A DNA stretch of 64,000 nucleotides from Paragordius varius (GCA_964247055.1 OZ176052.1:7626001-7690000); one strand, 5' to 3'. Shown: positions 1 through 13,821, counted from the first letter of the stretch. The notes: a model not told the origin generated them from the letters alone. A program made the numbers and translations.

Positions 1-425
1 CATTCATCTCCATCTAAACAAAGTTTGAGCTGTTTTCATCCATTAGTTTTAAAAATATAATAATTAAAAAAAATGCTCTCGCTTCGCGCGTTTGTCGCTC
101 TTTGTGTCCAATATTAATTGTCGTTGTAATACATATTAGTATACATTTTATAGAGTTTTTAATACTCTTTCGAATGATATATTACAAATGGGCATTACTT
201 GTATATTTTCAAAGAAAAACATTTTTTAGTAAAATTTTGATAAAGAGGGCGCATAATCAAAAAAATCAAATTATACAAAATTCTTCCAACGAGTTATAAT
301 TTTTATTTCAGATTTACTGTTAAAATGATATTAAATATCAAAAAATGCAAAAAACTCGAGTGGCAGAAAAATTTGTTGTCTAGTGCTATCCTTCATTGAC
401 TTTAATTAAATTTATAATTTACAAC

Positions 426-1937
426 CTGTAATTGAACGGCAGCCAAATAAATACAGGCACAAGCTATACTCGGTGGTTGAAAACGAACATAAACATTTGT
501 TTTGTAACTGTCATTTAGATAATTCCTACAAACGGAAAAAAATTGATGTCATTTAACAATTATATTATAAAATTGTTAAAAAATAAATATTACCAAGCGA
601 TTTGGACAAATTTTTGATTTTTTTCACACTCCAGCGTTTGTAAATAAATTATGAGTAATTTGTGCGGATGTTGTGAGTGAACAGCAAAACCTAGCTCTTT
701 CAAGATTCTGCGTTCGGCTTTTATTACTTGATTTTTGACATTAACGTAATACTGATCCAGTATCAAAGGAGATACTTTTCTAATTGGTAATTAAGAAAAT
801 TGATGGTTAAGTTTATAATGTTTTTACATTAAATCAGACTGATTCTAATGATAATCCTTATAATACCGGCTGTTTAACTATTTGTAGTCATATTTAAAAA
901 TAACTGGTCAAAAACATTTATGTTCATTAAATGATATAAAATATAAAGTATAAAATATTTTTAATTTTAAAAAATTGTAAAATATTTTGTAAAAATATCT
1001 ATTGGAATTCTTAACTGGCTGTGAACGTGATTAATGCATTTATGGTCAAATAGTTTATTATTTAAGAGTTTAAAACTAACGCCTTTAACTGAGATAGTTG
1101 GCTACCCTAAAGAGTGCGATTTCTATTTTGACTATGAAATGGTTAAATCATATGCATTTAATAACTTTTTCTAGGTTTTGGCAGAAAATTTTATAAGTGT
1201 AAATTGGCAAACATTACATTTTTCCCGTTAAATTTTTTTGGTAAAAGATGTCGCTCATATACAACAAAATAAAATGATATCCAAAGATCTATTTTTTCAT
1301 TTAAACTATTTCAAATCATATCAGTGGTTCGTTTTAACAAAATATTCGGAGGAACATATTTATATTCCCAAAATATTTTAAAAATATTTAACAAAAAACT
1401 AAAGTAATAAGCCAAAATCTATCTTTTTATAATATAATTAAATGTCAATTAATTTACTCCTTATTTTCCAATTGTCTTATATGATGAAATACATTGATCA
1501 CATCCCTTGGACGCCTTGGACTTTCATCAATTTTAGAGGCTAAAAATGTGGCTGCCATAGCAACAACCTACATAAAAATAATTAATAGATTTGAAATTAT
1601 GAAAATACGCAAAAAATGTACGTGTTCGAATTACCTCAAAATTGTATTTGACAAAGGATTTTATGAAAAAATATCTTTGATATAATAGTTGAGCAGTAGC
1701 GATTGAAACCTAAACATTATGCATGATAGTGTATACTTGTGGTAATCTCAATAGAACACCTGCTTCTTGAATCAATTCACATCCTCGTACTCGCAATTCA
1801 AAATCAATATCTTTGGTTAAATGATCCAATAACGAAGGTGGATTCAATACAAGATCAATAGGAATCAGAATGTTACTTAAACTAAATAGGGCCTGACAAC
1901 CTGAGTCATATGAATTTTTATTCCATGTGCAAAACAA
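426..1937 (-). CDS. CCNL: Cyclin L (partial; 3' exons not traced). Exons ~1937-1737, 1709-1635, 1567-1458, 779-594, 525-426
   Basis: Spliced translation ...[20 protein letters not shown]|[15 protein letters not shown]...[29 protein letters not shown]...[16 protein letters not shown]...HPHK...AW|NYLNDS... matches the cyclin L N-terminal cyclin box; all junctions are GT-AG and phase-compatible. Start codon unresolved. Confidence 0.93.
1710..1736 (-). other. 27-nt GT-AG intron in cyclin L
   Basis: GTATACACTATCATGCATAATGTTTAG ends in an in-frame TAG; removal gives LPQ|VSIATAQ, collinear with cyclin L LPQVAMATGQ. Confidence 0.88.
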
Positions 1938-1940
1938 TGA

Positions 1941-4900
1941 ATGAAACGGACGATCAAAACTTTTTGGGCACTTTTATTTTTTTCACTTCACATCTATTTT
2001 TTTGCCTCAGTTTTAAATATACATTTTCGGTCATCGCATATTCATGGTTTATCAGCGATTACTTCTAAAATTATCGAGCATCATCCATGTAACCGACTAA
2101 TATTCATAGTTTCGGATGGTCTGAGAGGTCGTACATTAATTGATATAAATGAGAAAAGCATCCCATTTTTACGGTATAGTTATATTTTATTGCTAGTAAT
2201 TTGTGCCAAAAAGGTCTTTGTAAAATTTCTAGCGCACATCTTCCTACAGAATCTCGGCCAGGACATGTAACACTTTTTTCTGGAGTTTACGAAGATTTAT
2301 CATCGCTTTTTACAGGTAACCTTTTTTCACAAATTAAGGGTGGAAAGATAATTTGGTGAACTATGATACCATTTTCAATCATAGTATTTACACATGGGGA
2401 TGGGGCAGTCCGGACATAATGAAAATCATTGAAAAAAGTAAATATTTATTACTTGAATAATCATAAAGGATACTCTGGATATATTATCTATACTTCGTGG
2501 TAGTCTAGACGATTTATTAAGTAAATGCCCTTGTGCTTAACTAATGATTTTACAGATCATTAGAAACTGGCCTTTACTGTTAGCGCATTTTCATGACCTA
2601 GCCAAGACGGTGGGGAGGTGGCAATAGGACTTTGTTGGCCTACTTCAATTATGATGTCCTATATTTTATTTATTGTGTAACATTATTGATATAACAATAG
2701 TTCATATTTAATTTTATTTTCCATATTTGGCATAACTATCTATTTGTTTTTTAGTTTTACAACCGCAAAGATTCGTATCAGGGCTAAGGTCAATATAATG
2801 GATGAGTTTTAAATATTTTCAAATGGCAAAAATACAAGAATTAGTAGGCTTAATTTTTTATTAACATTTTCGGTAATTTGTTATGAAATCTTTTTTTCAT
2901 AATATTTGTTATAAGGTGCATTAGCAAAAAAACGACACTTAAAATAATTAAAAAATTGTTTTACCGATATATTTGTCAACCACAATAAAACGATAAGATT
3001 AATATTTTACACAATTATGCCATAAATTTGGGTTGGAAATATCATTAGCTAAATCTGAAGCGCTATTCTATAATTTATTAATGTTTAAAATTATTTATCC
3101 ATTTTTTTGTTTTAGATAATTTGGATAAACTAAATATTGAGTTGAATGCTTATAACATTGGTTTTCAAGATTTTACGATGAAAAATCCAAGCGAATTAGA
3201 TCGATGGGTATTTTCGCGTGTCAAATCTTTCTTGGAGGCCTCTAATCAACAAAACAATTACTTAAATATATCCAAAATTATATTTTTCCTTCATTTGTTG
3301 GGAATGGATATGACAGGTCATATCCACAAACCCAATTCAAAGTATTTTATTTTATCTATTTATTTATTTATTTAGTGTAAAATTAAAATTATAATTAAAT
3401 TTTTGGTTTCCGGCTCTAATACATCTTTTTTGCTTTTCCATTAAAAAACGGTTAACAATAGTCAAATATATAAAAGTAAAATTATTTATCTCAATGTGCA
3501 AAATGACTATTATATTAAATATGGTGTTTTTAGTAGTAAACTTAAAACAAATAAATCAATTTATAATTTTTATGGATAATAATAATATCAATAAACTCCC
3601 TTATGTCGAGCCATCATAATTACATTAACTCAAACTTTTTTTACCTTTTAGAATATTCAATGAAACTCTACAAGCACTTGATGGTGGGATTAAATCGTTA
3701 GAGAAAACATTTAATAACTTTTACAAACATGATTCAAGACAAACATGTTATTTACTAACATCTGATCATGGAATGACTGATTGGGGTAGTCATGGTGCTG
3801 GTTCTTTAGATGAAACGATTGTACCGCTCTTTATTTGGGGTCCCTCACCCGACATTTTTCAAAGGAATCGTGACGGCCAAAATTGGATATCCAATTGGAA
3901 TTTGACATCTAATCAAGGTTTTTTTTATAAAAAAAATAAAAGTATGAAAGATATTTTGTGATTGTCGAAAGTTAAATATATATAAAAGGATTATTCGTTA
4001 TTTAATGTGTTTTGGATTGGATCTTGGTAACTTAATCCTATAATTTTATAATTTTTATCAATTTATTAACCTATTTATCTTACTATCCTTATAATTATAT
4101 GTTAAATTCAAATCATTTGACACATTTTTAAATAGATTACATTCGTTATAAGGTGGACTAAAAACATAATGATTCATTTTGCTGCAGAACATATTCACAC
4201 CTGTTACAAAAAATTACATCTATATTAATTCCTTTTTATTTAGATATAAATACATATTTAGTAGCATTTATGGTGTGAATTGACCAAGTGGCGTGACCAT
4301 TTATTTTTTTCGATCTATAAAATTATATTTTTTCATATAATAATCAGTATATTATGTATATTTTTTATTGCCCATAGAAGATATTATTGATCAGGCAGAT
4401 GTGGTTAATATAGCTTCGTGTCTTTTGGGAATACCTTTCCCCTCAAGTTCACTTGGAATTATTCCAAAAAACTTTTTTTCCTCAAAAGCAAATTTGTTGG
4501 AAAGGGAATGTCTAATAAGCAATATCTTAACGCTCAAAAATCATTTTAATAAAATCTTGGATAATTGTAAATTTTTATCCATCACTGGATCGAAAAACAT
4601 GTAAAATTTTTGTATTTCTTTTACAATATAACTTTTTTTAAATTAATTATACTGTGAATGGTTTTGAAACGATTTAGTAGGCATTTTTATTTATAATTAT
4701 ATAAGCTATTATTAAAACTGAAGCTGTTATCTAAACGCATCATAAAAAAATGGAACATTATTGATAGCGGACCAAACTGGAATTTACGAAAATAATTTTA
4801 TTTGGTTTTATATATTTTTATTAATCTAGTCTTTTAAAACAAATGTAGTGATATTCCATATGTTAATCCAAAAAAATCTAAATAAAATTATCCAACTTAT

Positions 4901-6627
4901 GATAACTCTTACAGTTATGATTAATTACGTTAGCAATATATTATTATGAAATAAATCTAGTGTTTATTATTTTTTAGGCCAAAAATCATTATTATAGTCA
5001 ATTGAAAATATTAGAAGATTAAGCTATTTTTGTTTTATATACTTTTTGAATAATCATTTTTACCCTATATAGACATAGTTATCAATTCGATTCCAGGCAT
5101 AACATTACTCAATTACATAATATTCAACAATATCTACGATCTCAAATTATTCAGTATCAAAACTTTGACGCTAAATTGTTTAAATTAGCTACTGGCGTGG
5201 CATATATGATATTTATTACAATTATAAGTTTTGTACCAAATCATCACTCACAAAAGATAACTTCTTTTAAAAATTTCATTTTCTTCCATACATGGTACTC
5301 GTTTATCATAACCATATTCCCTTTGATTATAACACTTTATTTGTGGTCACAAAGCGCCCCAACATTATATTATGTCTATCTGTTAATGCCTTTGGGCTTA
5401 GCTTTATTACTGCTTTTTTTGCTAGTAACTACTGAGTCCAACATTTTTCTTAAATACTCCGCATTCCGTGAGATTGTAAAGCGCAATACGATTGGAATAA
5501 TCTATCTTTTCCTTATGTTTACCATTATAATTGGATCTTTTTATGATCGCAAGGTAATGGTTTTCGGTTTAATTACAAAATTTATTTACACTTACCTTAC
5601 GACGGAACACTATTGTAAGTTATCCAACGCCTTAAAATTACAAAGTTTTAATATTTTTATGCTAACACCTTTTTATTTTATCAAGCTGCCCGGTCAATAT
5701 ACCATAATTCCTTTTTTTACTTGTATCGCTTGGTTGATTTGGTTGCTACACGGTGTAAATTTCCTAAAATATAAATTGGAAAAAGATAAAAAGCAAATAA
5801 TTGATAAGAGACTAGTTGTGAAAGCATTTGTTTTCATATTTAATATCTTATGTCTTATTATCTGTCGTTTGATGCCATCAATAAATTTTTTTAATTTTTA
5901 TCTTTCTCACATTTTTTCATGGACATTTCTCACTATTTTGACATTTTTATTCATTTTTTCAAAATTTAATAACAATTTGCAATCATCATTATCTAAATAT
6001 AATGTTCATCATCTCCATTATTATTTATATTTTATCAATGGAGAAGATATTTTATTTACCGTATTCAGTTTAACAACCGTATCATACGAATTTTTATTTT
6101 TACTCCTTTTCACCCATGTTATTAAGTGCTGGTGTAGTGCATCACACTACACTAATACAATCGGTGATTATGATGATAAGCAAAATGCTGCTACAAAATA
6201 TATAATTACAAGTATTATCCCTACCCTAGAATACATATATTTTATGTTTGCTAGCTTTTTTGGTACTGGTAATGTAGCAAATCTTAATTCATTCGATCCC
6301 AATTCTTGTACATGTTTCCTTAGTACCTTTAATCCCGTATTTATGGGTGCTTTTATTATTTTAAAGCTCATAATCCCTTTGATTATTACAACCATATCAT
6401 ACCAGCTTATTATGAATAATAAAACCGTGAAATTATCATTGTTTAAACAATGCAAACATGTCGCCATAATCTATGAATTGTTTTGCTTTCATTTCTTTTT
6501 GCATGTTAAAAATTATGGTAGTTGGCTGGATATTGGATTATCCCTAAGCCATTACATATTGTGTAGTATAATGATGCCTGTTACATTCATTTTATTATAT
6601 GTGGTAAATAAATTCCAAAATTTTTGA
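1941..6627 (+). CDS. PIGN: GPI ethanolamine phosphate transferase 1 (PIG-N/Mcd4), ~906 aa. Exons 1941-2173, 2197-2315, 2339-2437, 3116-3341, 3652-3917, 4378-4600, 5073-6627
   Basis: Motifs SDGLR, PTESRPGH, WGWGSPDI, LGMDMTGH, TSDHGMTDWGSHG, DQAD, FFGTGNVA..NSFDP and a multi-TM C-terminus. Joined exons total 2721 nt = 907 codons. Confidence 0.95.
2174..2196 (+). other. 23-nt GT-AG intron 1 of PIGN
   Basis: GTATAGTTATATTTTATTGCTAG; removal restores the frame into the PTESRPGH catalytic motif. Confidence 0.9.
2316..2338 (+). other. 23-nt GT-AG intron 2 of PIGN
   Basis: GTAACCTTTTTTCACAAATTAAG; removal restores FTGWKDN (homolog AKGWKEN). Confidence 0.9.
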
Positions 6628-6864
6628 CCAAGAAAATTTGTTAGCATTCGCAGTAAAATACTTATTTATATATTCATCAATAATATTTTTTCACCGGATA
6701 AGATATTTATTCATTTTACAATTTGAGCAGTCATGTATGACTTTTTTTACAATTAATTTCATGCAACAATAATAAACACTTAAGTTAATAGTTATATATT
6801 ACCTATGATTATAAAAATATTTATATTGAGTTTAGAAAGATGATTGAGATTGCAGTAATCAATG

Positions 6865-9191
6865 TTACATATTGATATCTTTGAGATTGCAAAGAGCTAA
6901 ACTCGTTTCCCATAAAGTTTGGGCAGTAATTGGATCCTTGGCATTTAATCCGGGTTCTTCAATTTTGCATTCACTAAGAAACATTAGAAATTTTGATTCA
7001 TTGGTTTTACGCGGCTTAAATATTTTGTTTAAACCAATTTTTTTTATTACAAATATGTCTTAGTACTGTTGATATGATAAATGATAGTGGTAAATAAATT
7101 TTAGCAGTTCGTTATTTAATAATCCCATACATGTTTTTGGGAAACACTATTGTTAGATAAAAATGTTTGTTCCGTAAAATATAGAGCTACCTGAAATATT
7201 TTCCAGAAACATTTTTATTGCTTTCATCCAAAACACAATAGAGTATTGTTTGAGCACCGTCCTTTGGAGTTTTCATGAAAAACCATAAAAAAGGCAAAAA
7301 ACACATGTAAAGAATTGTATTATTCCAGTATGGCATGTATTTGTGAGCAGATGTCAAGCATATTCCAGGATTGCAACAATTTACTCTGATATTTATACCA
7401 TCTGTAATAATAAATAGAATAATAATTATGTTGAAAATTGATTTTAAATCAAAAAAGGTGGTTCCCAAAGATTTTCTCCTTCAATATGGAAAACCAACAT
7501 CGATTAAATATATGTGAATATATGAACTTTAAGTTATTAAAGTATGGTCCTACTTTTTAGGTTATAATTGTTTAAGTTTGAGAATACCTTTTACAAATTT
7601 ACTAGTTTGTGGCTATTATGGGGCGCTCAAATCAACCAAAAAAATAAATAAATTATTAATTTAATAATATATATCATTTGCACGAGAGTGTACTTTAACA
7701 ATTCAAGTTGCTTAAACTTTTTTTGGTTTAAATTTCATTCTAACCGTGTATCATTGTTTTATATCATTTTTAACATATTTTCTTTATTTAACCTAAATTT
7801 TTAAATCAATATTAACCATTTATTATTCAGAAACCGTATATATTTGCTAAAAAAATATAATATTATTAAGATAACAGGCAATTAAAAGTTAAATAAGTTT
7901 CCTAAATTATTAATTACAATTTCACGTTTAAAACATTTCTAAGTTAATAATATTGTTGAATTAAAAAATTAATTTCAAACAAGTGGTTTTTGAATGTAAA
8001 ATTAATATTAAAAATGATGAATAAATAAATAATAAATAAACAAAATCAGGGTAAAAAATAAAAAAATGCAAAAATTATGAAATCCAAATTTAAAAATTTA
8101 AGGACCGAATTTTACTACTCGAAGTGCTTAGGCAAATGGTATAAAAAATATTAAATATCAATTATGGCCAAAAAAATTTAAATTTTCACAAAATTTGTTT
8201 TTATAAATTTATAAAATAATTCAAAAATAAATTTCTTGCTAATAATCTAAGTCACAATTTCAACAAAAAATTGATTATTGATATTTATTTGGTTATTTTT
8301 CTACTTGAGTTTTCACATTTGTTTTTATATTTATTTGGTATGATAATAAAGTTAGCATATAATTTAGTTTAAATATCGTAAATCGATACTTTCTTCGAGT
8401 TTTTGGGCCAACCTTTGTGTAAATAACATCACGGCTAATTTGCTAAAGGAATACGCTTTTCGGGCATCAAATTCATCTTTTTGGTCCTTTTTAGTTATGG
8501 TGCTGATTGTATTATCACTTTTCTGAGTTATGTAAGGAAAAAAATTAAAAGAAGCGATTCGATGAGCAATACAAGAGACATTGATAATTTGGCCATTGGC
8601 AACTTTTAACAAGGGGAGTATAGTTAAGGTGATATAAAAATGACCTGACTACTAATAATAATATTCATACTAAGATAATTGACTTGAAAATTATATTCTA
8701 AATTATCAGATGTGTAAACTGATGGATGCATCATAACCCCAGCATTGTTAATTAATAAATCAACTTTTTCCCATTCTAAAATAGATTAATATATAACCTT
8801 GTAAAACATCTATGCAAAACTCTTTTACCGATTCAAAATCATCTAAACAAAGTCGTTTGATTTTAACATTATTCGCATCAATATTGTAAGATTTTAGGAA
8901 TTTTAAAATATTTTGCTTGCCTTTATCAACTCGATTACATCCAATTATAATATTAGCACCTTTAATAAAAAAAATTTTACCTCTCTGAGCAAACTCCCTA
9001 ACCAATTCTAATCCGATACCTGATGAACCACCTGTTATAACTATATTTTTGACATATTTTTGAGAATTTTTAAACTGAGGTCCTCGGAAATATGTTCTAA
9101 TTTTAATTTATCCAAACCTAATGGCAAAAAAAATACTGATAAATATAATAATTTTCCAAGGTAAGTCTGATATATCGAAAGATGGAAGCAT
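6865..9191 (-). CDS. Retinol dehydrogenase 11/12-like short-chain dehydrogenase/reductase, ~343 aa. Exons 9191-9118, 9096-8981, 8959-8798, 8775-8671, 8644-8390, 7401-7191, 6973-6865
   Basis: N-terminal hydrophobic anchor, TGGSSGIG Rossmann motif, LLINNAGVM, catalytic YSFSK, NPGI and C-terminal AQTLWETS. Joined exons total 1032 nt = 344 codons. Confidence 0.92.
8645..8670 (-). other. 26-nt GT-AG intron 4 of the SDR
   Basis: GTATGAATATTATTATTAGTAGTCAG; removal restores FQVNYLSHFYIT. Confidence 0.88.
8776..8797 (-). other. 22-nt GT-AG intron 3 of the SDR
   Basis: GTTATATATTAATCTATTTTAG; removal restores the frame into EWEKVDLLINNAGVM. Confidence 0.88.
8960..8980 (-). other. 21-nt GT-AG intron 2 of the SDR (3n, no stop)
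   Basis: GTAAAATTTTTTTTATTAAAG; removal gives AQRGANIIIGC, collinear with the SDR ARRGARVILAC pattern. Confidence 0.8.
9097..9117 (-). other. 21-nt GT-AG intron 1 of the SDR
   Basis: GTTTGGATAAATTAAAATTAG; retention gives an in-frame TAA, removal gives FAIRTYFRGP. Confidence 0.85.
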
Positions 9192-9251
9192 CTGTTTTTA
9201 ACTATGACAAAAAAAAGCTGTCCAGGTATCTCCTTTTGTGTTAAAAAAATA

Positions 9252-9285
9252 CTAGCAGGCTCTGTCACGCTTTGCTTGGCATTAC
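9252..9285 (-). mobile_element. Helitron-like 3' terminus (family 2)
   Basis: Minus strand ends ...CAGAGCCTGCTAG|T after a GC-rich imperfect hairpin; similar to the copy at 13372. Confidence 0.45.
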
Positions 9286-9729
9286 CTTATATGATTCTTT
9301 AAATTTGCAATAAGAGAAAAAAAAGGAAAAAAAATTAGCGAAATCTGACCATATTTCTTTAAAAAGATTGTCTTTAACCATACTTTTACGGGGTGTTGCA
9401 TACGATCAAATATTTCTTTTACACAAAATTGGCCATATTAAAAATACGCCTTATTAATATTTAAACTTTCTGAATACGTTATAAGATCCTTCCTTTACAA
9501 AATATTGGTCAACGTTTTAGTGCGAGATTGTGCTCATGAGCTGTGATATAAAAAATTATTTATAATTAATAAAAGTATTAGAATAGGATACAAAATGTAG
9601 AACTCTTTTTATCAGTTTTTATTTGATGGCGCTACTTTTAGATAAAAAAACAGCAATAACTTTACTCTTAAAAAGTAAGATAGGTAACGTGTAACAAAAT
9701 TATATGCTATTATATATACAAAACTTCTT

Positions 9730-11870
9730 TAGATTTTATGGGTGGGGTGATAAAAAATTTTTTTTGACGCGAATATTTCAAGTCATGGCTTGCATTGATT
9801 TGATAAAAAATAACATTAGACGTCTTAGAAAACTTGATATAGAGGTGGTAAAAAATCACAAAGTAAAACTTGAAGATTTGGCTTGTGTGGTGTAGGGTAC
9901 ACTTGACAGATTTAATATGAATAAAATTTTCGTGGAAACTATTTGTGTACATAATTAAGGTTTTATATGTAAAATAACTCTGCTAATATTTAAGAACATT
10001 GCCTATTGCTAAATTTATCAATTCCGTGAATCCGCAAAAAAAATTTGTCACGAAAATATTTTAATATTAATGATTAAATATTAATAATATTTAAAATTTT
10101 CAAATCTTTGTTATATAGTAATAAACGCTAAAGGTTAGTTCACCATTAAAACATGTAGAGTTTATATATTATAAATTTCACATGTGTTGTTGATAATTAA
10201 TTAAAAATAATATGTTATATTGTATAAACATTTTTCCATTATATTTGCAAATGGATTCCTTACAGAATGTGGTGTGATATAATAGAGGGTGTTTTAACGG
10301 CGAATGGTTTCATCAATTAGTTAACGCGCTCAATAAATCTATAATACTAAATATACGTACCATTGAGTTTGTAAAATTTCAATAAATCCATATTATTTTG
10401 ATTGTCTATCTTTTTGTGCCTTATTTCATAAATTTTGGATTAAAAGAATAAATTCCGTAAAATTAGAATCGGTTGGCAAAAATGTTACATTCATAAGCAA
10501 AAGACTTGATATATATGTTTTTTAATCACCGATCTTTAAGTGTAGATTTGCTGGCTTATGTTAACTTGTTTAACATGCCGCGCTTGACTTACAGGTCAAG
10601 TGAGTGCAACATTTTTGTCGCACCCCGTATATATCCAAAAACTGTTTATAAAGAACCGGAGCGGATCTGTTAACATGAATATATTCAAATGTCACTAAAT
10701 AAAACAGTATCCCTAAAAATTATATCCTGATTATATATATATATATATATATATATCTAGTCATGTATGTTTAAAATTGTCAAACATACGTTTTTAATTG
10801 ATTTTACTTTGTTTTTGATTGTTTACAATAAATAGGCTATTATTATTTTAAGGGTTAAAAATGCGCATGTTGAAAGTTGACATATCAAACATCATAACAA
10901 TTAAAAAAAAGTAAAATCATTTAAAAACGTATGTTTGACAATTCTAAACTTAATTGACTGTATTATCTTGAAATATATATAGGGTGGGGTAATAAAAAAG
11001 TCGTACTTGACTTGTAAGTCAAGCGTGGCAAGTTAAGCAAGTTTACCTAAGCCATCACGTGTACACTTGAAGATCGGTGATAAAAAAACTTAGGTAAAGT
11101 CTTTTGGATATGAAGGTAACATTTTTTTCCACCCAATTATATTACGGAAATTTATTTGGATCATTTTCAACTATAATTTATAAAATAACGCACAACAAAA
11201 TTAACAGTCAACACAATACTATTGAAGATTTTAAACTTAATGGCACGTAGCTTATTTAATATTATAGATTTTCCAAATGAGCTGGGACTCTGATGAAACC
11301 ATTCGCTCTTAAAACACTCTCTTTTATACCTCACAACTCATTGTTAGAAGTCCATTTACAAATATGGGAAAATGTTAATATAAATATAACATATCATTTG
11401 TTTTGATTGAATATCAATATTACATATGAAATAAATTTATGATTAAATAAACTCTTTACATGAATAGTGTAAGCTTTCGCGTTTATTATATGATGTAAAA
11501 CGAAGATTTGAAAATAAGCAAGATAAATATTTAATTATTAATTTAAAGATATTTTCGTGATTCAATATTTATTTGCGGTTTTTCGGAATCGGTATATTTA
11601 GCATATTTTTATGTGCATTGTTTTTAAATATTAGCAGAGTTTTTATAAAAATTTATCCTCTTTTGTATCCACCCAATTTGAATAGGTTAATTAGTTAAAT
11701 ATTGTCAAATAAACAGTTAATTACATTAACAAAGGTTTTATTAGCATATAAAACCTAAATTATATGCAATAGTTTCCAAAATAATTTATATTTTGGAATC
11801 TGTCAAGTGTGCCATACACACATTTATTATTTAAGTTTTACTTGATCATATAATTTTTTATCACTTCCGA
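9730..11870. repeat. Diverged ~2.1-kb inverted duplication (arms ~9730-10632 and ~10978-11870) of a DNA-transposon-derived repeat; third partial copy ~12470-13140
   Basis: Matching inverted blocks, e.g. ATGCCGCGCTTGACTTACAGGTCAAGT / ACTTGACTTGTAAGTCAAGCGTGGCA and CTCTGCTAATATTT / AAATATTAGCAGAG; TA-CGGGGTG / TA-GGGTGGG termini. Confidence 0.7.
10758..10962. mobile_element. Palindromic MITE at the centre of the foldback
   Basis: TIR core TTGTCAAACATACGTTTTTAA / TTAAAAACGTATGTTTGACAA. Confidence 0.65.
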
Positions 11871-13371
11871 AAACTGCTTTATATAGGAAAATGGCAATAT
11901 TTGCGCACATTTTGTTATTGCATTTTTTTGATAAAAGCGAAATGCTTCATTCCAAAAAATTCACTAAAATATATCATGAACTACATATAAAAACAAGACA
12001 ATGTTTTTATAAAAAGGCGTCAAATTTTTGGACTCGTCTGAAATGGGCGAGTTCTTTTGAATAAAGGCGAAACCTACATTGCCAGATTACAATTTTTAAT
12101 ATTATGCTTTTTTTTCTTAATAATTAAATTTAAAGTAAATTTTTGAGGAAGCAAGTTTTATGATATTAAAAACATGGACGGTATATAAATCTAAGATATT
12201 ATATAAAAATTTTCCCATATAATTTGATGATGCTGAACTCTATCACCAAGTTAAAGGTTTGTTTCCCTTTTTCATTTTTTGTCCTAGTTTGCCTCTTTTA
12301 TATCCCAGAGCTTAATTTTGTAAATAAATTACACTTTTGAAAGTTAGATCATTTTCAGCCAGAATTTATGGAATAAGGTACAAAAAGATAAGCAATCAAT
12401 ACATGTGCATTTATTGAAGTTTTTCAAACTCTATAACACGTATTTTATTTAATATCAATGTTTTCATAAATATTGAGGGCTACTAAAAATTTCAAGTTGA
12501 TGAAACCATGCGACAGACTCATTATTTACCACACAAGTCATTTTCTTAGAAGTCCTGCAATTATATTGGGAAGATGTTTATGCAATATAACATATTATTA
12601 TTCTAAATTGATTATCACATTGCATTTGAAAAAAATTTATGATGAAATAAACTCATTACATGTGTGAACTTTAATTATTTTTAGATTTGAAAATTTACAC
12701 AAGATTGATATTCAATTATTTATTTTTCAGATATTTTCGAGAATCAAATTTTTTTGCGGGCTCGCAGAATTGATAAATTTGCATATTTTATATGCATTCT
12801 TTTAAACATTAGCAGAGTTTTTCTAAAAATATATCCCCTTTTGTATTCACCCCATTTGAACAGTTTAATTAGCCAAAAATCAAATAAACAGTTAATAGCA
12901 TTAACAAAGGTTTTAAATACGTATAAAACCGTAATTATATACATAAATTCCAAAATAATTTTATCTATATTTTTAAATCTGCCAAGTGTGCCTACACCAC
13001 ACTTTCAAATCTTTTAACTATTACTTGATCAAAAAATTTTTTATCACCTTCTTCAATTTTTCTAGCACTTAAGTCCTCTAATGTTTTTTATTATCACATG
13101 AAAGCAAGCCATGACTTGAAATTGCATGTCAAGTCAAACCACTTTAAATAAGGGCTAAACTTTTGTAGTTCCCGACCCCATTTATCATTGCGAGTTTCTT
13201 AACGACCCCAACAAATATAAAAGAAAAATAATAGTTTCTTCGAATAACACTTAGAAATATTGTTGATAATATTTATCAGGATTATTTCGGTTTAGAGATT
13301 GACAAAAATAATCTACATTTTTTATAAATTTTTATAACATTTTCTGATTCATAGTAGATGTATACGAGATA

Positions 13372-13405
13372 CTAGCTGGCCCTGTCACGCTTCGGTGTGG
13401 CGTAG
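13372..13405 (-). mobile_element. Helitron-like 3' terminus (family 2)
   Basis: CTAG|T end with hairpin GTCACGC-TTCG-GTGTGGC about 9 nt away. Confidence 0.55.
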
Positions 13406-13650
13406 TCTCCCGATAATTATTCTTGATAATTTGCAATTAATAGAGTTAATGGATATAAAAAATTATGATAAATGTATGCATAGTTCAGCTAAAATTATAT
13501 AAATTTATTATTATATTTTTACTACAAGTAATCTTTGTCAAACGTAAAAATACTTAAAGAGAAATACACAATAATATTTAAACCATTTAATAATATCTAT
13601 AAATTATTAAATTCACAGAAAAAAAATCCTAGTTCTCAATGTGTAATATA

Positions 13651-13821
13651 CAGTAGCGTGTGGAGTAAAAGATTGTTAGTGCAAAATAGAATAAAAAAAA
13701 TATTTTTTTTAAAAAAACAATCCTAGTTGTAAATACACATGTATAATGTCCCCTTGTTTTTTTAAAAAAACAATTTTTTATTCTATTTTAAACTAACAAT
13801 CTTTTACTCCATACGCTACTG
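13651..13821. mobile_element. Tc1/mariner-type MITE (171 bp, TA TSD) inserted in the GIY motif
   Basis: TIRs CAGTAGCGTGTGGAGTAAAAGATTGTTAG / CTAACAATCTTTTACTCCATACGCTACTG; excision restores VIY-KIKC. Confidence 0.9.

Noticed and set aside
6168-6467. 99-aa antisense ORF in PIGN
   Set aside because: Shadow ORF opposite a conserved coding exon; no recognisable motif.
1710-9117. Stop-codon reassignment (ciliate-like code) or readthrough as the explanation for interrupted ORFs
   Set aside because: Four of the seven interruptions are non-3n frameshifts, all are bounded by GT-AG, long exons have no in-frame stops, and genes end normally in TAA, TAG or TGA.
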